DNA from: Heptranchias perlo
Lineage: Eukaryota
Assembly (NCBI RefSeq): GCF_035084215.1
Contig: NC_090356.1
Coordinates: forward strand, 10,664,001 to 10,728,000
Length of the DNA: 64,000 bases
Reading direction: 5' to 3'
Each line of letters begins with the position of its first letter. Within the stretch, counting starts at the first letter, position 1. A program made the translations under genes and the position numbers. Under the pieces are notes generated by a model that saw only the letters and a program-made list of their open reading frames with translations, did no database searches and was not told where the DNA came from. Of the stretch, positions 50,801-63,853 are shown one piece after another.

Positions 50801-52424
50801 TTCATTTTCTGCAGTAAGTTTGCATTGGATCCGAAGGCATTACCTTTAACAAGGTTCCCTCAGGTAATATGTTCAAACGCCACTGATATTTAGTGGACAC
50901 TGCAGACCGGGAAGAGCATTAAAATGCAACCACTTCACAATCATATTAAAAAAAAACTGCAAAAAAAAAAATTAAAAGCACCAAGTGCTGAGGCGGATCG
51001 TTTAAGGCACAAATATAAAACGACCTACTTTAGGAATGGCAAGTTAATAATAAAGTTATAATAGTTAAAAGGATGAAAAGATGCAGCAGAATGGGAAGTT
51101 TACACTGTAGGTCGTTGCACAGTTTGCTGATGGTGTCGAGTATCAGCGGAGTCCCGAGTGCTGCTGTGCGGACACATCAAGGAGAAGGATTTCGCAGTAC
51201 GACACTTCATAGCAACAACTCCTCCTTAACATTACACCCCCTTGCAGTAAAAGACAATGCACTTTAAAAAAAAACTTACATAAAAAGTAGAATGCATTCC
51301 ACATACAATGTGTTTAATTATAATTCCCCGTCGCAAGTACCATAAACGACCATAACTTTTGCTAAATTAAATTTTTATTTTGCCCAATATATTTCTCAAT
51401 AAGATATCAAAAGCAACATTTTAAAAAAATATATAATTAATTTCTTTAACATATTTAAAAATGCAGGTTATTGTTAGCCTTACGTATTAAAAGATGGGTT
51501 TACTCACTCTAACCCTCCTCCCCCCCCCCCAAAAAAAAAGTTACCTTTCTAAGTGAAAGAACCTTGTACAGCCCCCGACTCCGGATCCTTTGATCTGCTG
51601 AACGGTTGCAGTCTGAACACTGAAACAAGCCGGAACGTGTTAACACCAACAAAAAAAAAGAAGCCAATCTAATGGGTCCTGATGCAATCCCGGCCGCTGA
51701 ACGTTACTTGTCAGCACAAAAAAAAAACACCCCAGAAAGCACATTTCCCCGACCGGGAGATAGCTGCGCAGTCTTTGTATATCGATGAATGAAGCATAGA
51801 TTGCATGCGTGCTGTTAAAACACTTTTGTTTCTCTCTCTCTCTCTCTCCCCCTCAATATTGATTGATGATCCAGTAGCTCACAGCAACTCCCGAAAAGAG
51901 TCAGATTCCCCCCCACCCTGGTTTTTTTTTCGCAAGCTCCATGGGGCAAGTTGGGACTTGTCATGAAGTTGTGCAGCGGGTACCGGGAGGGAGCTTATCT
52001 GCTCCATCTGCGGTTGGACTTGATTGACCAATGGTGCAAATGTACATTTTGAGGGAAGGAGTCCTCTCCCCCCTCAAACCAATGGAATTTCCACAGTTGC
52101 TTGTTCCCAAAAATATATTGAAGACTTGACTGCTCAGAAGGCGTTTTATTGTTCCTGAAAAGTCAGTGGACAAAGTTTTTTTTTGGAGGGAGGGTGGGGG
52201 GGGGGGAAAGAGTGTTTTGTAAACATATTTCAGATGTGAGTTTGCTGCCAGTCTTGGTTATTGGACCGTACAGTGTGGATTTTGAGCAAGATGCCTTGAC
52301 AGACTCTTAAACTGGACACCACTTTCACCCGCTGATAATGAACAGGTGGGAGATTTACAAAGGTATCCACTTCCACACAATCGTCGTGTGTGTGGTGGTT
52401 CAGCACCAGCTGGAGTACCGTACC

Positions 52425-52545
52425 CCACAGAAGGCGGCCATTCGGCCCATCGTGTCTGTGACGGCTGTTTGAAAGAGCTGTCCAATTAGTCCCATCCCCT
52501 CCCACTTTCCCCATAGAACCTGCAAATTTCTCTTTTTCTAGTATT
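52425..52545 (-). mobile_element. CR1 3' end
   Basis: cacagaaggcggccattcggcccatcgtgtctgtg...gagctgtccaattagtccc. Confidence 0.85.
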
Positions 52546-53789
52546 ACCCGTTGCCCAAAAAATGATGAAGCTTTTAGAACTCCCTGGGTGGGTTAGTAAG
52601 TAAAAGCACTGAATCAGACAGACCTGATGGTTCAATTCCCAGTCAGTGTTTCAGACGGGGCAGAAGCTGAGGCAATACAATCAGCCGCAGTGACCCCGGG
52701 CCAGAGTTTCTGCTCCTGATCACTATCCGGTGACCTCTGCTGGGAAGTGCAAGCATGTAGAGTTGGGTAAGAAGAAATTGGGCTTGGTTGTGATGCCCTC
52801 TACAGTCAAATAGCCTGCTGATATTCGCTGACTAGGCTCACACAATGGGCACTTTTGTGAAGTAGTCGGGGGGTGGGGGGTTTGCTGCCGGCACCTGTTG
52901 GAACCATACCATGGCACTTTGAGGGTAGGAGCAGAGACATTATTAAAAAGCTCCTTCCAGTCTCCCAACATCCCGTGATTGACTGTCGCTGATTTGAAAT
53001 CCCTAATGGTCTATTTGAAGCATGCCATTTGAAGAGATGTTCTAGCTGCTAACTACACTGAAGTCTGGTCTTGGACTTGGCAAATCGTGGTAATTCAATC
53101 CAGGTCAAAAAATGTCATTGCATCATTCGCATGTGATCCATATAGTGACATCTAATCGCTGCTTCCTGATTTACCTTATCTTCTCTTTTACTCTTTTCAA
53201 CCTTGGTGGTGTCCTGCACCGTGGGCCATGACCCTTCAGCTTGGTTTCTCAGTACATTAAAAAAAAATTGGTGTGCGACTGAAGCTATTCTCTTTGTCTT
53301 CCCTCTTCAAAGTGACCCTCCCTCCTCCTTTGAATCCATCTTAATTAAATGGCTCTCCCTGATTTGGCTTGGTAAAAAGGTCCTGCAAAACAGTTCTTTA
53401 GGTTCGTAAAGAGAGGCTTATGCGCAGTTGCGAGATCTGTCCAGTAAATGCCTGAACTTGAATTCAAAACTAAAGAAACGAATTGTGATACGTGTCTCGT
53501 ACAGTAGATATAGCAGATATAAGTGAACTTATCCCAGTCTGATAGATTGTATTATGTGTTGTTTTGGGACTGCTAAAAAAAAACTTTAGCAACAATGCCT
53601 ATTTAACTACTTACCTGCTAAAATTGTTTTAAGAAACCTCCTTTAATATGTTTATAGTTTTAGCATATGGTAAAGAAAGAATTTGGAGGACCTAAAGTGT
53701 TTTTTTTAATACACATCTCTTTCCGATTAAAATGTTTTTCTTTCTTCCCTATAACAGTCACCCTTGATCAGAGGGCTGGTGGATAGCCT

Positions 53790-54120
53790 GGAACTAGGCT
53801 TCTTCCAACATTGCTGTTGAGTTAGCAGCTAGGACGTAAGATAGAATGGCATGGGGTAAAGTGCCTGGCCACTGCTCAGTGCCCATCAATTGTTCAGCAT
53901 TGCCTGGAGCCCACATCTGGAGGATGAACCCATCTTGCAGTACAATGTAGAAAGGAGCACCAACCCACTCGGCCACCACTCTGTCCACGCAAGGAGGATA
54001 TTTCTAAAAGATGCCACATGCGAGTAGACCTCGATGGATGGTAAGTTATGATCTAAATTACGCCCCAAATAGGAGAAATACGCGGTTATCGCCTTGTCTA
54101 CGCTGAGTTCCTGGTTGACC
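53790..54120 (-). mobile_element. Possible ancient non-LTR (RTE-like) RT C-terminal remnant
   Basis: YFSYLGRNLDHNL (compare FxYLG) and a downstream NSTAMLEEA. The match is weak. Confidence 0.25.
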
Positions 54121-54132
54121 TCCAATCACTCC

Positions 54133-54358
54133 TACAACAAGTGGCTGCTGGAAATCTGAAACAAAAACAGAAAATGCTGGAAACGCTCAGCAGGTAAAGG
54201 CAGCTTTTGTGAGGAGAGGAAGGTAGGATTGACATTTCAGGTCGATGACCTTTCATCAAATCCAAAGGGTCATAAGACCTGAAACATAAAACCCTACCTT
54301 CCTCTCTCCACAGATGTTGTCTGACCTGCTGAATATTTCCAGCATTTTCTGTTTTCAT
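54133..54358. mobile_element. PLE-derived fold-back insertion: two inverted hammerhead-bearing units with a 12-bp TSD
   Basis: Arms ~54164-54254 and ~54264-54355 are reverse complements. Flanks are tccaatcactcc (54121-54132) and tccaatcaatcc (54359-54370). Confidence 0.75.
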
Positions 54359-55041
54359 TCCAATCAATCCCTTAAGGTAACCCAGCCTATTAAGATATTA
54401 CTCTAAGTACTGAGTGATGCTTGTGGCCAAAACACAATGTCTAACAAGAAAATATTAGCAATGTGAGAAGTAATATAACTCCCCTGGATCATGACTGTCT
54501 CTTCACTGTGATCACAAGTGAAACTCCCACTTCATGAACAGTATAGGCTCAAAGCAAGTTTATTCAACTTTCATTGTACTTTTGAGGTCATTACATTTGT
54601 TGGAGATTATAAGAAGTTTATATGAAATATCTGTGGTCGGTATTGCAACATAACGGTCAGAAATTTGTTAAGCAACGCAAAGCAATTTAGAAACACGTCA
54701 CTGCCTGGCCTGTGTTACAATCCATGCGTTCTGCTGGACGTCCAGGTTTTAAAGTATTAAACTGTGTCACGTAAGGCTTCAAAGCCAATCGGGTTGATGC
54801 TGGATAGTGACTCACTTCTCTTGTGTACTTTAAGTTCCATCCCTGGTGTATGATGATCTGATCACAGTTGGGGTAGTGTGTGGGGCACAATTGACCACAG
54901 CACTCATGGGCTAATAAAGGGAAAATCAGCCAGAGTTCCTGATCCTGTTCACTATTCCTTGACCCCTGCTAGTAAATACTTGTTTGTGAGTGTTGGGCAA
55001 AGTCGGGATTGGGCTCAGCTGTGGTCTCTCCCATGATCAAA

Positions 55042-56116
55042 TCATAGAATCTAACAGCACAGAATAAGAACATAAGAACATAAGAAATAGGAGCAGGAGT
55101 AGGCCAATCGGCCCTTCGAGCCTGCTCCGCCATTTAATAAGATCATGGCTGATTTGATCCTAACCTCAAATCTAAATTCATGTCCACTTTCCTGCCCGCT
55201 CCCCATAACCCCTAATTCCCTTCACTTCGAGGAAACTGTCGATTTCTGCTTTGAATTTATTCAATGATGTAGCTTCCACAGCTTCCTGGGGCAGCAAATT
55301 CCACAGACCTACCACCCTCTGAGTGAAGAAGTTTCCCCTCATCTCAGTTTTGAAGGAGCAGCCCCTTATTCTAAGATTATGCCCCCTAGTCCTAGTTTCA
55401 CCCAACCTTGGGAACATCCTCACTGCATCCACCCGATCAAGCCCCTTCACAATCTTATATGTTTCAATAAGATCGCCTCTCATTCTTCTGAACTCCAATG
55501 AGTACAGTCCCAATCTACTCAACCTCTCCTCATATGTCTGCCCCCTCATCCCCGGGATTAACCGAGTTAATCGTGCCTGTGCCGGCTCTTTGAAAGAGCT
55601 ATCCAATTAGTCCCATTCCCTTGCTCTTTCCCCATAGCCCTGCAATTCTCTCCCCTTCAAGTATCCAATTCCCTTTTAAAAGTTACTATTGAATCTGCTT
55701 CCACCACCCTTACAGGCAGTGCATTCCAGATCATAATAACTCGCTGCGCAAAAAAAATTTCTCCTCATCTCATCTGTGGCTCTTTTGCCAATTACCTTAA
55801 ATTTGTGTCCTCTGGTTAGCGATCCATCTGCCAGTGGAAACAGTTTCTCCTTATTTACTCTATCAAAACCACTCATCATTTTGAACACCTCCATTAAATC
55901 TCCCCATAACCTTCTTTGCTCTAAGGAGATCAATCCAAGCTTCTCCAGTCTCTCCACTTAACTGAATTCCCTGGTACCATTCTAGTAAATCTCCTCTGCA
56001 CCCTCTCCAAGGCCTTGACATCCTTCCTAAAGTGTGCTGCCCAGAATTGGACACAATACTCCAGCTAAGGCCTAACCAGTGATTTATAAGGATTTAGCGT
56101 AACTTCCTTGTTTTTG
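55042..56116 (-). mobile_element. CR1 (outer copy, 55042-55064 plus 55571-56116) with a younger CR1 nested at 55065-55570
   Basis: The inner copy encodes TRLIPGMRGQTYEERLSRLGLYSLEFRRMRGDLIETYKI...WNLLP. The outer copy encodes [19 protein letters not shown], and its tail is broken at agcacagaa|...|tcgtgcctgtgccggc. Confidence 0.9.
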
Positions 56117-56489
56117 CAGCCAACAAATACTACCTCGGTCACAAATGAAGAATGGTCACTTGAGTGAGGTACCAGAAAGCATGTCCTATCTGTGGAACAG
56201 TATCCCAGCAAGGAACCAATTAGGAGAGCAAGGGAGAAAATTGGGTAGGAGGAACATTAAATTCCTCATCATCTATATATCTATTAATAAAATTGTTATC
56301 CTGACACCTGTGGACATTTCAATGTTAATTGTGTTCATATTCCCAGTACATTTGCAATTGCCTGCAAGTCTATAGGTGGCTTTGTAATAGTGTTTTTCTG
56401 CTTGGTGAACTTTGATGTTTTTCAGTATCACAAAAAAACCTGTGATTCTGTGCATTTCCCCTTTTAAAAATGCTTAGTTTGAGTCTGCA

Positions 56490-56523
56490 TGCAATTGTGG
56501 AGTCTGGCCACAGGGTGTCGCTG
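56490..56523 (+). promoter_or_regulatory. Candidate CTCF site with upstream module
   Basis: TGGCCACAGGGTGTCGCTG core, with TGCAAT 18 bp upstream of CCAC. Confidence 0.35.
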
Positions 56524-57027
56524 TGGAGTGCCTTTGTACTTTTTGGGACCTGATTTCTGCAACTTTTCTGCTGTTGGATAAGAAATTCTGAGGTCCCAGA
56601 GAGGAATTTTAGACGAACACTTAATGTTTAATTCAATCTACTAATCATATTTTTCTTTAAAAATTATTTTGTCTCTAACTTTCTGTGCTTTTTTGTGCCC
56701 TGTTAAATGTGACTGGCATTAATAACACCCAATTTACTCTGTCAGCTGCGCGAGAACTGATATCTGCACCAATCTGGTTTTATTACAAAAAATATGAACA
56801 TCCCGTTCCTAAAGTTCCAAGGGTCCCACTACGCCAGTGCAAGTATGGCAGAATGGAACTCTCATTCACGCATGCACAAGGCCGCGGCCCCATTCCAGAA
56901 TTGCTGGGAGAGGGACATTTGTTTAGGATGGTTTGCTGGCGCCTACAGGGCATTTGAGTGGTGCCCGCCCTAATCCACCCTTGTAAGGCATAGTGACCCA
57001 AAGCCTGAGATGTCCAGAAGCTCTTCT

Positions 57028-57430
57028 GTCAGCTGTGACTCAGTGAGTAGCACTCTCGCCCCTGACTCAGAAAGTTTTGGGATCAAGTCCCACTCCAGAG
57101 ACTTGAGCACAAAATCTGGGTTGACACTGCAATGCAGTACTGGGGGAGTGCTCGAGGCCCTATCTGTCCCCTCAGGTGGGCATAAAATATCCCATGGCAC
57201 TATTTTAAAGATGAGTTCTCCCTGGTGTCCTGGTCAATATTTATCCCTCAACCAAAATCACTAAAAAAACATTTTATCTAGTCATTATCACATTGCTGTT
57301 TGTGCGATCTTGCTGTGTGCAAATTGGTTGTCATGTTTCCTACATTGCAACAGTGACTTCACTTCAAAAGTACTTCATTGGCTGTAAAGTGCTTTGGATG
57401 TCCTGAAAAGCACGAGATAAATGCAAGTTT
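57028..57430 (+). mobile_element. Deu-domain tRNA-SINE
   Basis: Head gtgactcagtgagtagcactctcgcccctgactcagaa, Deu core with an internal deletion, and tail ataaatgcaag. Confidence 0.88.
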
Positions 57431-57664
57431 TTCTTTCTTCTAGGCCAAAGAAAATTGGCACTTTATATAACCTTTAGCTGTTTTGTTCATCAGTGCTGGG
57501 AATCCGCTTTGCCTGTTTAAGATTTGATGCCTTTGTTGGGGCCAAAGCAGAACTCTCAATAGCTCTCACCTGGTGAAAGTTCTGCTGTAGCCTTATAAGA
57601 GCATATTGGGTGGAATTCCCAGTGTAGCTTGGGCACTCCCCCAAACGTACCCCTTTGTGGTGGA

Positions 57665-57706
57665 GGTGGGGGTGGGGGTGGGGGTGGGGGTGGGGGTGGG
57701 GGTGGG
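57665..57706 (+). repeat. (GGGGGT)n repeat, G-quadruplex-competent
   Basis: Six G5 runs separated by single T, plus a final GGG. Confidence 0.9.
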
Positions 57707-58404
57707 CAGAGGAATTGCCTTCTCTCCACCAGTGGAAAATGTCAATTTGGTAAGAAATGGGGTGGAACAGATTCCATCCCAAATTCTGTCTCACCACTCT
57801 CCCCCCTTGGACTGGAATTTTGTGCCCCCCAAATTCTGCATTCTGAAACCGTGCCATTATATATTACCACCTTGGAGGTAAGTGTCACACTGTAGGTATG
57901 AGAGCAATTCAGTGGTTTGCAAGCTGATGACCATTCTCCTGCAGCTCTCCTCTTCCCAATCTCCCTGCCCATGAAGACTCGCAGTGTGGAGATATACTGA
58001 TTGCAGGAAGTGTGTGTGTGTGTGTCAATATAGGCAGCACAGAGGGCAACAGTGGAAGCTCACCACCTCTGAACGATATTGTAAATGAGGACGGCAGTAC
58101 CAATGTTAAACCAAGTTTCCCAGGACTCAGTTGGACACAAGACTAAGAGGGCTTACGTCTGCAGTTCCCAAATGGGGAATTCCCAATCTGAACTCAGGCT
58201 ATAAATTATGATCCTAAAATGATGACCAGCTGATAGCAGAAACATTCTACTTAGACTGGAATTCAGTAAAACAGACAGCAGCCAGAGAGCACAGTCCAAG
58301 CTGCCTACAGCTGCAGCTTTAGATTTTTCGCTGATACTGTGTAAAAGTACTAATTTAAGCATGAATAGTGTCTTTGGAGATGGTTTGCTGTACCATTCTG
58401 TGCA

Positions 58405-58500
58405 GGACAGTACTGTACTATGTGTTCAAATCTGGGAGTTGAGCTTGAATCCACAATCTTCTTACTCAGAGGCATGAGTTCCATCATTGAACCAAACTGA
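58405..58500 (-). mobile_element. Deu-SINE tRNA-head fragment
   Basis: Reverse complement reads gtcagtttggttcaatgatggaactcatgcctctgagtaagaagattgtggattcaagctc. Confidence 0.6.
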
Positions 58501-59611
58501 CAATCAATCGGTAACACTGATACGCATGGTACAATGTAATTGCTCAATGTGATACAGATAGCGTGATATAAGAGAGTAACAGACATAAACTACTGGAATA
58601 CAACGCTGTGAATTTTGTTTTGTGATGTAGTTTCTGTCGCTGCTGTGGTGATGCACGTTCCTGTTCATTAAACTCACTAACCTCAGGTCTGACTTCAAGT
58701 AAAATACTTCGCAGTTTGACTGCATAGCTGAGCAAAGTTGCACAGGTTTTTTTAAAAACTAATTTTAGTGAGAAAGTATTATGTGGACTACTTATATTTA
58801 TGTTTTCACCAAAATTAGTGAAGCAAAGAATTTTTCCACCTTAAGAAGGCCTGAACAAATAAGAGTTTTCTCACATTTCGCATAGTGTTCATTAATCTAC
58901 TTTTGGAGAGATTGGCATCCTCAGAGCAGCTAAGCACAGATGAATAGTCTGCTCTCCACCTCCACTCCACCATTATTACCACTTCTACTTTTTCACTCCA
59001 TTATCATGAATTTCAGCCTCGATATTCTTTTGTCCTTTTTCGCTTAAACTGCTTTCATCCCCTCTCCTAGCAACCTTTCATTTCTTTGTTTCATCTGTGA
59101 TCAATTGTACCCGTGTTTAGATAAGGTAAAACATTTCTATACGGCTTATAGAGCAGTTTCGTCCACACTAAGGAATATGGGTAAGAATAACCACCATTTA
59201 GATCTACATATTGGTAAACCCAGTAACCTCAATGCAGTTGCAATCCTGCAATCAATATCAAAAGAAAGTCATTAGCTATTTGGAATAATGGTGATTTTTA
59301 ATGTACAAAATAGTGAAGATATCTAACAGTTGTCCAAATCTCACCCAGTACTTCAGTACTAAATCTTTGTCACGATTTAGTTCTTCTTGCAACTCTAATT
59401 TTCCTTTCTGCATTTATGCAAGTATCTGAAGACAGTTGTGCTGTATAATCTTTAAGTTTAACTAAGTCAGTCTAATGGTGTGTAAAGTTCTTGTTCTGCT
59501 GGTTTTTTTAACTTGTTCACCAAATGTAAGTCTGGTGTTGTGTGATTTAGTGAAGAATGTCCTGTCTATTCGCCGAAATTCCTTTGCCGTACCTGTTTAA
59601 TGGAGGTGTTG

Positions 59612-60535
59612 CATAAGAACATAAGAAATAGGAGCAGGAGTAGGCCACACAGCCCCCCGAGGCTGCTCCGCCATTCAATAAGATCATGGCTGATCTTCAA
59701 CCTCAACTCCACTTTCCTGCCCGATTCCCATATCCCTTGATTCTCCTAGAGTCCAAAAATCTATCTATCTCAGCCTTGAATATATTCAACGACTCAGCAT
59801 CCATAGCCCCTTGGGGTTGAGAATTCCAAAGATTCACAACCCTCTGAGTGAAGAAATTCCTCCTCTTCTCAGTCTTAAATGGCCGACCCCTTATCCTGAG
59901 ACTATGCCCCCTAATTCTAGACTCTCCAGCCATGGGAAACAGCCTCTCAGCATCTACCCTGTCAAGCCCCCTCAGAATCTTACATGTTTCATTGAGATCA
60001 CCTGTCACTCTTCTAAACTCCAGAGAGTGTAGGCCCATTCTACTCAATCTCTCCTCAAAGGACAACCCTCTCATCCCAGGAATTAATCTAGTGAACCTTC
60101 ATTGCACCGCTTCTAAGGCAAGTATATCCTTCCTTAGATAAGGAGACCATAACAGTACGCAGTACTCCAGGTGAGGTCCCATCAAAGCCCTGGACAATTG
60201 TAGTAAGACTTCCTTACTCTTGTACTCCAACCCCCTTTCAATAAAGGCCAACATGCCATTTGCCTTCCTAATTGCTTGCTGTACCTGCATGCTAACTTTT
60301 TGTGTTTCTTGTATCATGACAGCCAAGTCTCTCTGAACACCAACATTTAATAGTGTCTCACCATTTAAAAAATAGTGTTTTTCTATTCTTCCTACCAAAG
60401 TGAATAACCTCACATTTCCCCACATTATACTCCATCTGCCACCTTCTTGCCCACTCACTTAACCTGTCTATATCTCTTTGCAGACTCTTTGTGACCTCCT
60501 CACAGCTTACTTTCTCACCTAGCTTTGTATCGTCA
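59612..60535 (-). mobile_element. CR1 LINE 3' ~0.9 kb
   Basis: Encodes QQAIRKANGMLAFI.RGLEYKSKEVLLQL.RAL..PHLEYCV..WSPYLRKDILALEAVQ and RRNFFTQRVVNLWNS. The tail is (ttcttatg)n. Confidence 0.95.
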
Positions 60536-61009
60536 TATTGTATCTTTGTATTGTTAGCCTGTTTATTTTCAATAAGTAAAAGAATTTTGTACTAACGTGA
60601 TAGTGTGCTCGTTACTCGAGCTGCACTGGACAAAGTCACCCCATCTGAGTATTGAACTCATTTGCAGCTTTCACTTCTAATGTTGACAATTGTAAAGAAG
60701 ATTTCCTTTCTTTATTTGAGAGTCGGACTCCTTCCATTTTCCATCCCTTTCCATTGTCTTCTTAGGACATGTGCCAACAGTGGCTAAGAGGGTGGGCAGA
60801 CAATTTTCTCCTGAGACTCTGCCACTCTTACACTGCTGAACAAGAACAGTCCAGGAATCAACCTCCCTCTTCCTATGGAGGCACCTGTGCCCGACAGCAA
60901 TGTGGCTGAGGCGGAAATCTTTACTGGTACGGGGGAGTGCTGCACAAACCATTATCTCATCATCATGCACCATTGTGCTACCCACTAAATATGGTAAATG
61001 ATGCCCCGT

Positions 61010-61242
61010 CTGTACATGCTAACACTCTCATATTACAAATTGCCACACAATGACTGACTCGGAGATATTTCATCGTCCTTTCATCGTCACTAGGTCAATA
61101 TCCTGGAATTCTCTACCTAATACCATTGTGTGAGCACCGTCACCACCAGGACTGCAGGGGTTCAAGCAGAAGGCCCTTCCCCACCTTCTCCAGATGACTA
61201 GAAATGGGCAATAAATGTTACCTTGTCCACATCCTGACAACA
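61010..61242 (+). mobile_element. Old 3' fragment of the LINE family at 10357
   Basis: aggtcaatatcctggaattctctacctaataccattgtg...ggactgcaggggttcaag...atgggcaataaatg aligns with 11870-12007. Confidence 0.8.
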
Positions 61243-61509
61243 AAGAAGAACATTCCTAATGCTACATCACCCACAATACAGAATAAGTATTCAAACCTGG
61301 TGTTTCTGCTTCATCTCTGTTGTTACTCCAGTTTGGCCTTGTCCTTGTAAGAGGCCTCTTTCCTAGACCTACCCCAAACGAGCATTACCCAGGAGTAATG
61401 CCTCATGAGCCAAAATAGAGAGGGCGGGAGAGAGCAGTGTCTGCTTTATATAACCTGTAGAGGTGCAGACTATTACTATGATGTGGGGTCACAGGTACCC
61501 AACTCCATC

Positions 61510-61785
61510 CTTCAGATGAGAACCACCAATGTAACAGATGTAGGTGGTTCAGACAGACATTAAAGATCCCCTGGCAGGTATTTCTCCTGGTGCACCAGCC
61601 ATTCCTCCCTCAAACAACACCACAAGAAAATAGATAATCTGCTCGTTCATCTCATTGCTTTTTGTGGGAATTTGCCATGTGCAAGATGGCCACCGCATTT
61701 CCCTTCATAAAAAGTCAAATTGTATGTGTAGAGTTTTGAAATTTTTTGGAGGGGGATGTGAGAGACCGTGATATAAACACAGGTC
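61510..61785 (+). mobile_element. Highly diverged Deu-SINE
   Basis: cttcagatgaga, cattaaagatcccctggca, ttctcctggtg and ctcattgctttttgtggg. Confidence 0.6.
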
Positions 61786-63000
61786 TTTGTTTCTTTCCAA
61801 CTTTGCTGGCTTTGGAGGACCACCATGCCAATTTCACATGGCTACGTGGGATATTCCCGTAATTTCTCCTGGCGTTCCCACATGTAGATGTGAACTTTTT
61901 TCTCCCCACCCCTCCTCCTCCCAATTTCTTCCTACTATTCCCCCAGCCTGCCTTTGGTTCAGGGACATTTCCTGTTGGCACTTCAGCAAATGTCACTGCG
62001 AGCTCACAGCAGGTCCTCTCCGAGAAGAAATGCTGACTGCTCATGCCGGTGGCAATCCATTTTGTAAATCACCTCACTTCCATTTTACAACCACATTTTT
62101 GTTACTGTTACAGGTCCAATAATCAATGAGCATTTAAAAAAAAAATTCCTGGATCTTTTGGACTAAACTAATTGTATCAATGTTAGATTTTACCCAAATT
62201 TCGAAATCACGCTTCACTACTCAAGAGTTAATTTAGTGGCATTTATAATCGTCCACCACAAAGGCAGTTCTAAATATGCTGCCGTGGCAATCATTAATCG
62301 GATTGCCCCCTTTCTCTTACTTAAGAGTGTAAAGCTGCAAAGAAGTGGTTCGACTGAATTTGGGTTGTTTTTAAGAGATTAGCTTTGATAAATTATCAAA
62401 GTATTACCATGGAAACTAAACAGCCTAATTTCCATTCCTCTGAGAACAGAACGAATAGGCTAAAATCTAATCATTGAGAGTTTGATAAACTAGGCCTGCA
62501 GCAGTTTAAAGTCATGTTCACACAGAAAACCCATGCTTAATGCTCGATTTACCACATCGCATCACTGACAGAGGATAACAATTAGTTAAAACTATCCTGA
62601 TGCTCTCGAATTGGACGCCCACCTTCCAAATCAAACACACACACGCAGCAACTGAACTAACTTAATAATTCTAGGTGCAATAAAGAATAAAACTATAATT
62701 AGCCAACTGGATTCTTGCAGAGAAATATTTAGCTGAATCAGTTTTGTTGACTGACTTTTAACCCGGTCAATGAGGGAAATCGAAATGTAAAGTTAAAGAT
62801 CAGTTTTATAAAGGGAACAGAGCAGAGTTTTCTTTTTGTTTCGAAATGACAGGCTGATTAAAATCTTTAAGTTGGAACGAGCGTTCAAGGTTCTTTGTAT
62901 CTATGGCTGAAGCTGACTCTCGGGGCGGGGTGGTGGGGGGATAAATGTCTGATGGACTAAAACTAGGACTTTGTAGAGTGGAACCAATTGAGAAAACTCC

Positions 63001-63126
63001 AAAAACAAAATGCTGGAGATCTGAAATAAAAACAGAAAATGCTGGAAACACTCAGCCGGTCAGGCAGCACCTGTGCAGAGAGAAACAGAGTTAACGCTGC
63101 AGGTCGATGACTTTTCATCAGAACTC
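63001..63126 (-). mobile_element. PLE-derived unit with hammerhead remnant
   Basis: Minus strand reads GAGTT-CTGATGA-aaagtc-atc-gacct-gcag-c-GTT-AACTC. Stem I is perfect, but GAAA is mutated to GCAG. Confidence 0.7.
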
Positions 63127-63853
63127 AATCTGATTTTGGATACAGTTCCATTTAAATCTGATTTGGAATTTCACTCGTCAAAGCTCATTTCCTCCATTTG
63201 TTAAAGGGCGACAGTCTTTGGCAAAAATTGTTTGGCAAACTCATTTTGCTCTGCTTTGTTTTCATCACAGTGACATCACATAAAAGTGGCACAATGATAT
63301 ATTTTGTTGCAGTTTTCGTAATGATGTTCTGTGTTGGTAAACAGGAAGCTTCAAAAAATTGAAGACCATATCCCTTTAAGTGCACATTAAACATTGTGTT
63401 CTGCAATACATTTCTATAAATCTGAAGAAAAAAATATATCTGTAAGATTTAGTGCAAGAACATTGCTTTGCTATCCCCTCCAGTGACCTTAACAACCAGG
63501 ATTGATCTGCCAGTATTGAAACGCTAGCAGGAATCTGGAATGTTCTTATGATTAGACAGGTAGTAAATATTGAATGCTGTCATATTTCATCACACGTCCA
63601 TCGGCTCCATTATGGTTTAGCATACTCCCTCCTGACCCATTTCCCTGTGGCTGGGTTTTATAGCATTATTTCTGGATCCAACACACATCTGCTGCCTTCT
63701 GCACAAGCACCGTTAATAAGCAAATGCATAGAAAATAAATTAAGGGTACTTTAATGGAAACTTTTTCCCACTTTGCATCTGCATCCATAAGATGAGGTAT
63801 AAAGTCAAGGCAATGCAGAGATCTGACAGTGGACTAAAATCGTAACCCAAGAA

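Noticed and set aside
57474-57895. ORFs with HPHPHP, GVGVGV or poly-Gly
   Set aside because: These are translations of the (GGGGGT)n repeat.
60790-60950. Possible Harbinger Myb/SANT remnant (QFSPETL..L...W)
   Set aside because: The similarity is too weak to support by eye.
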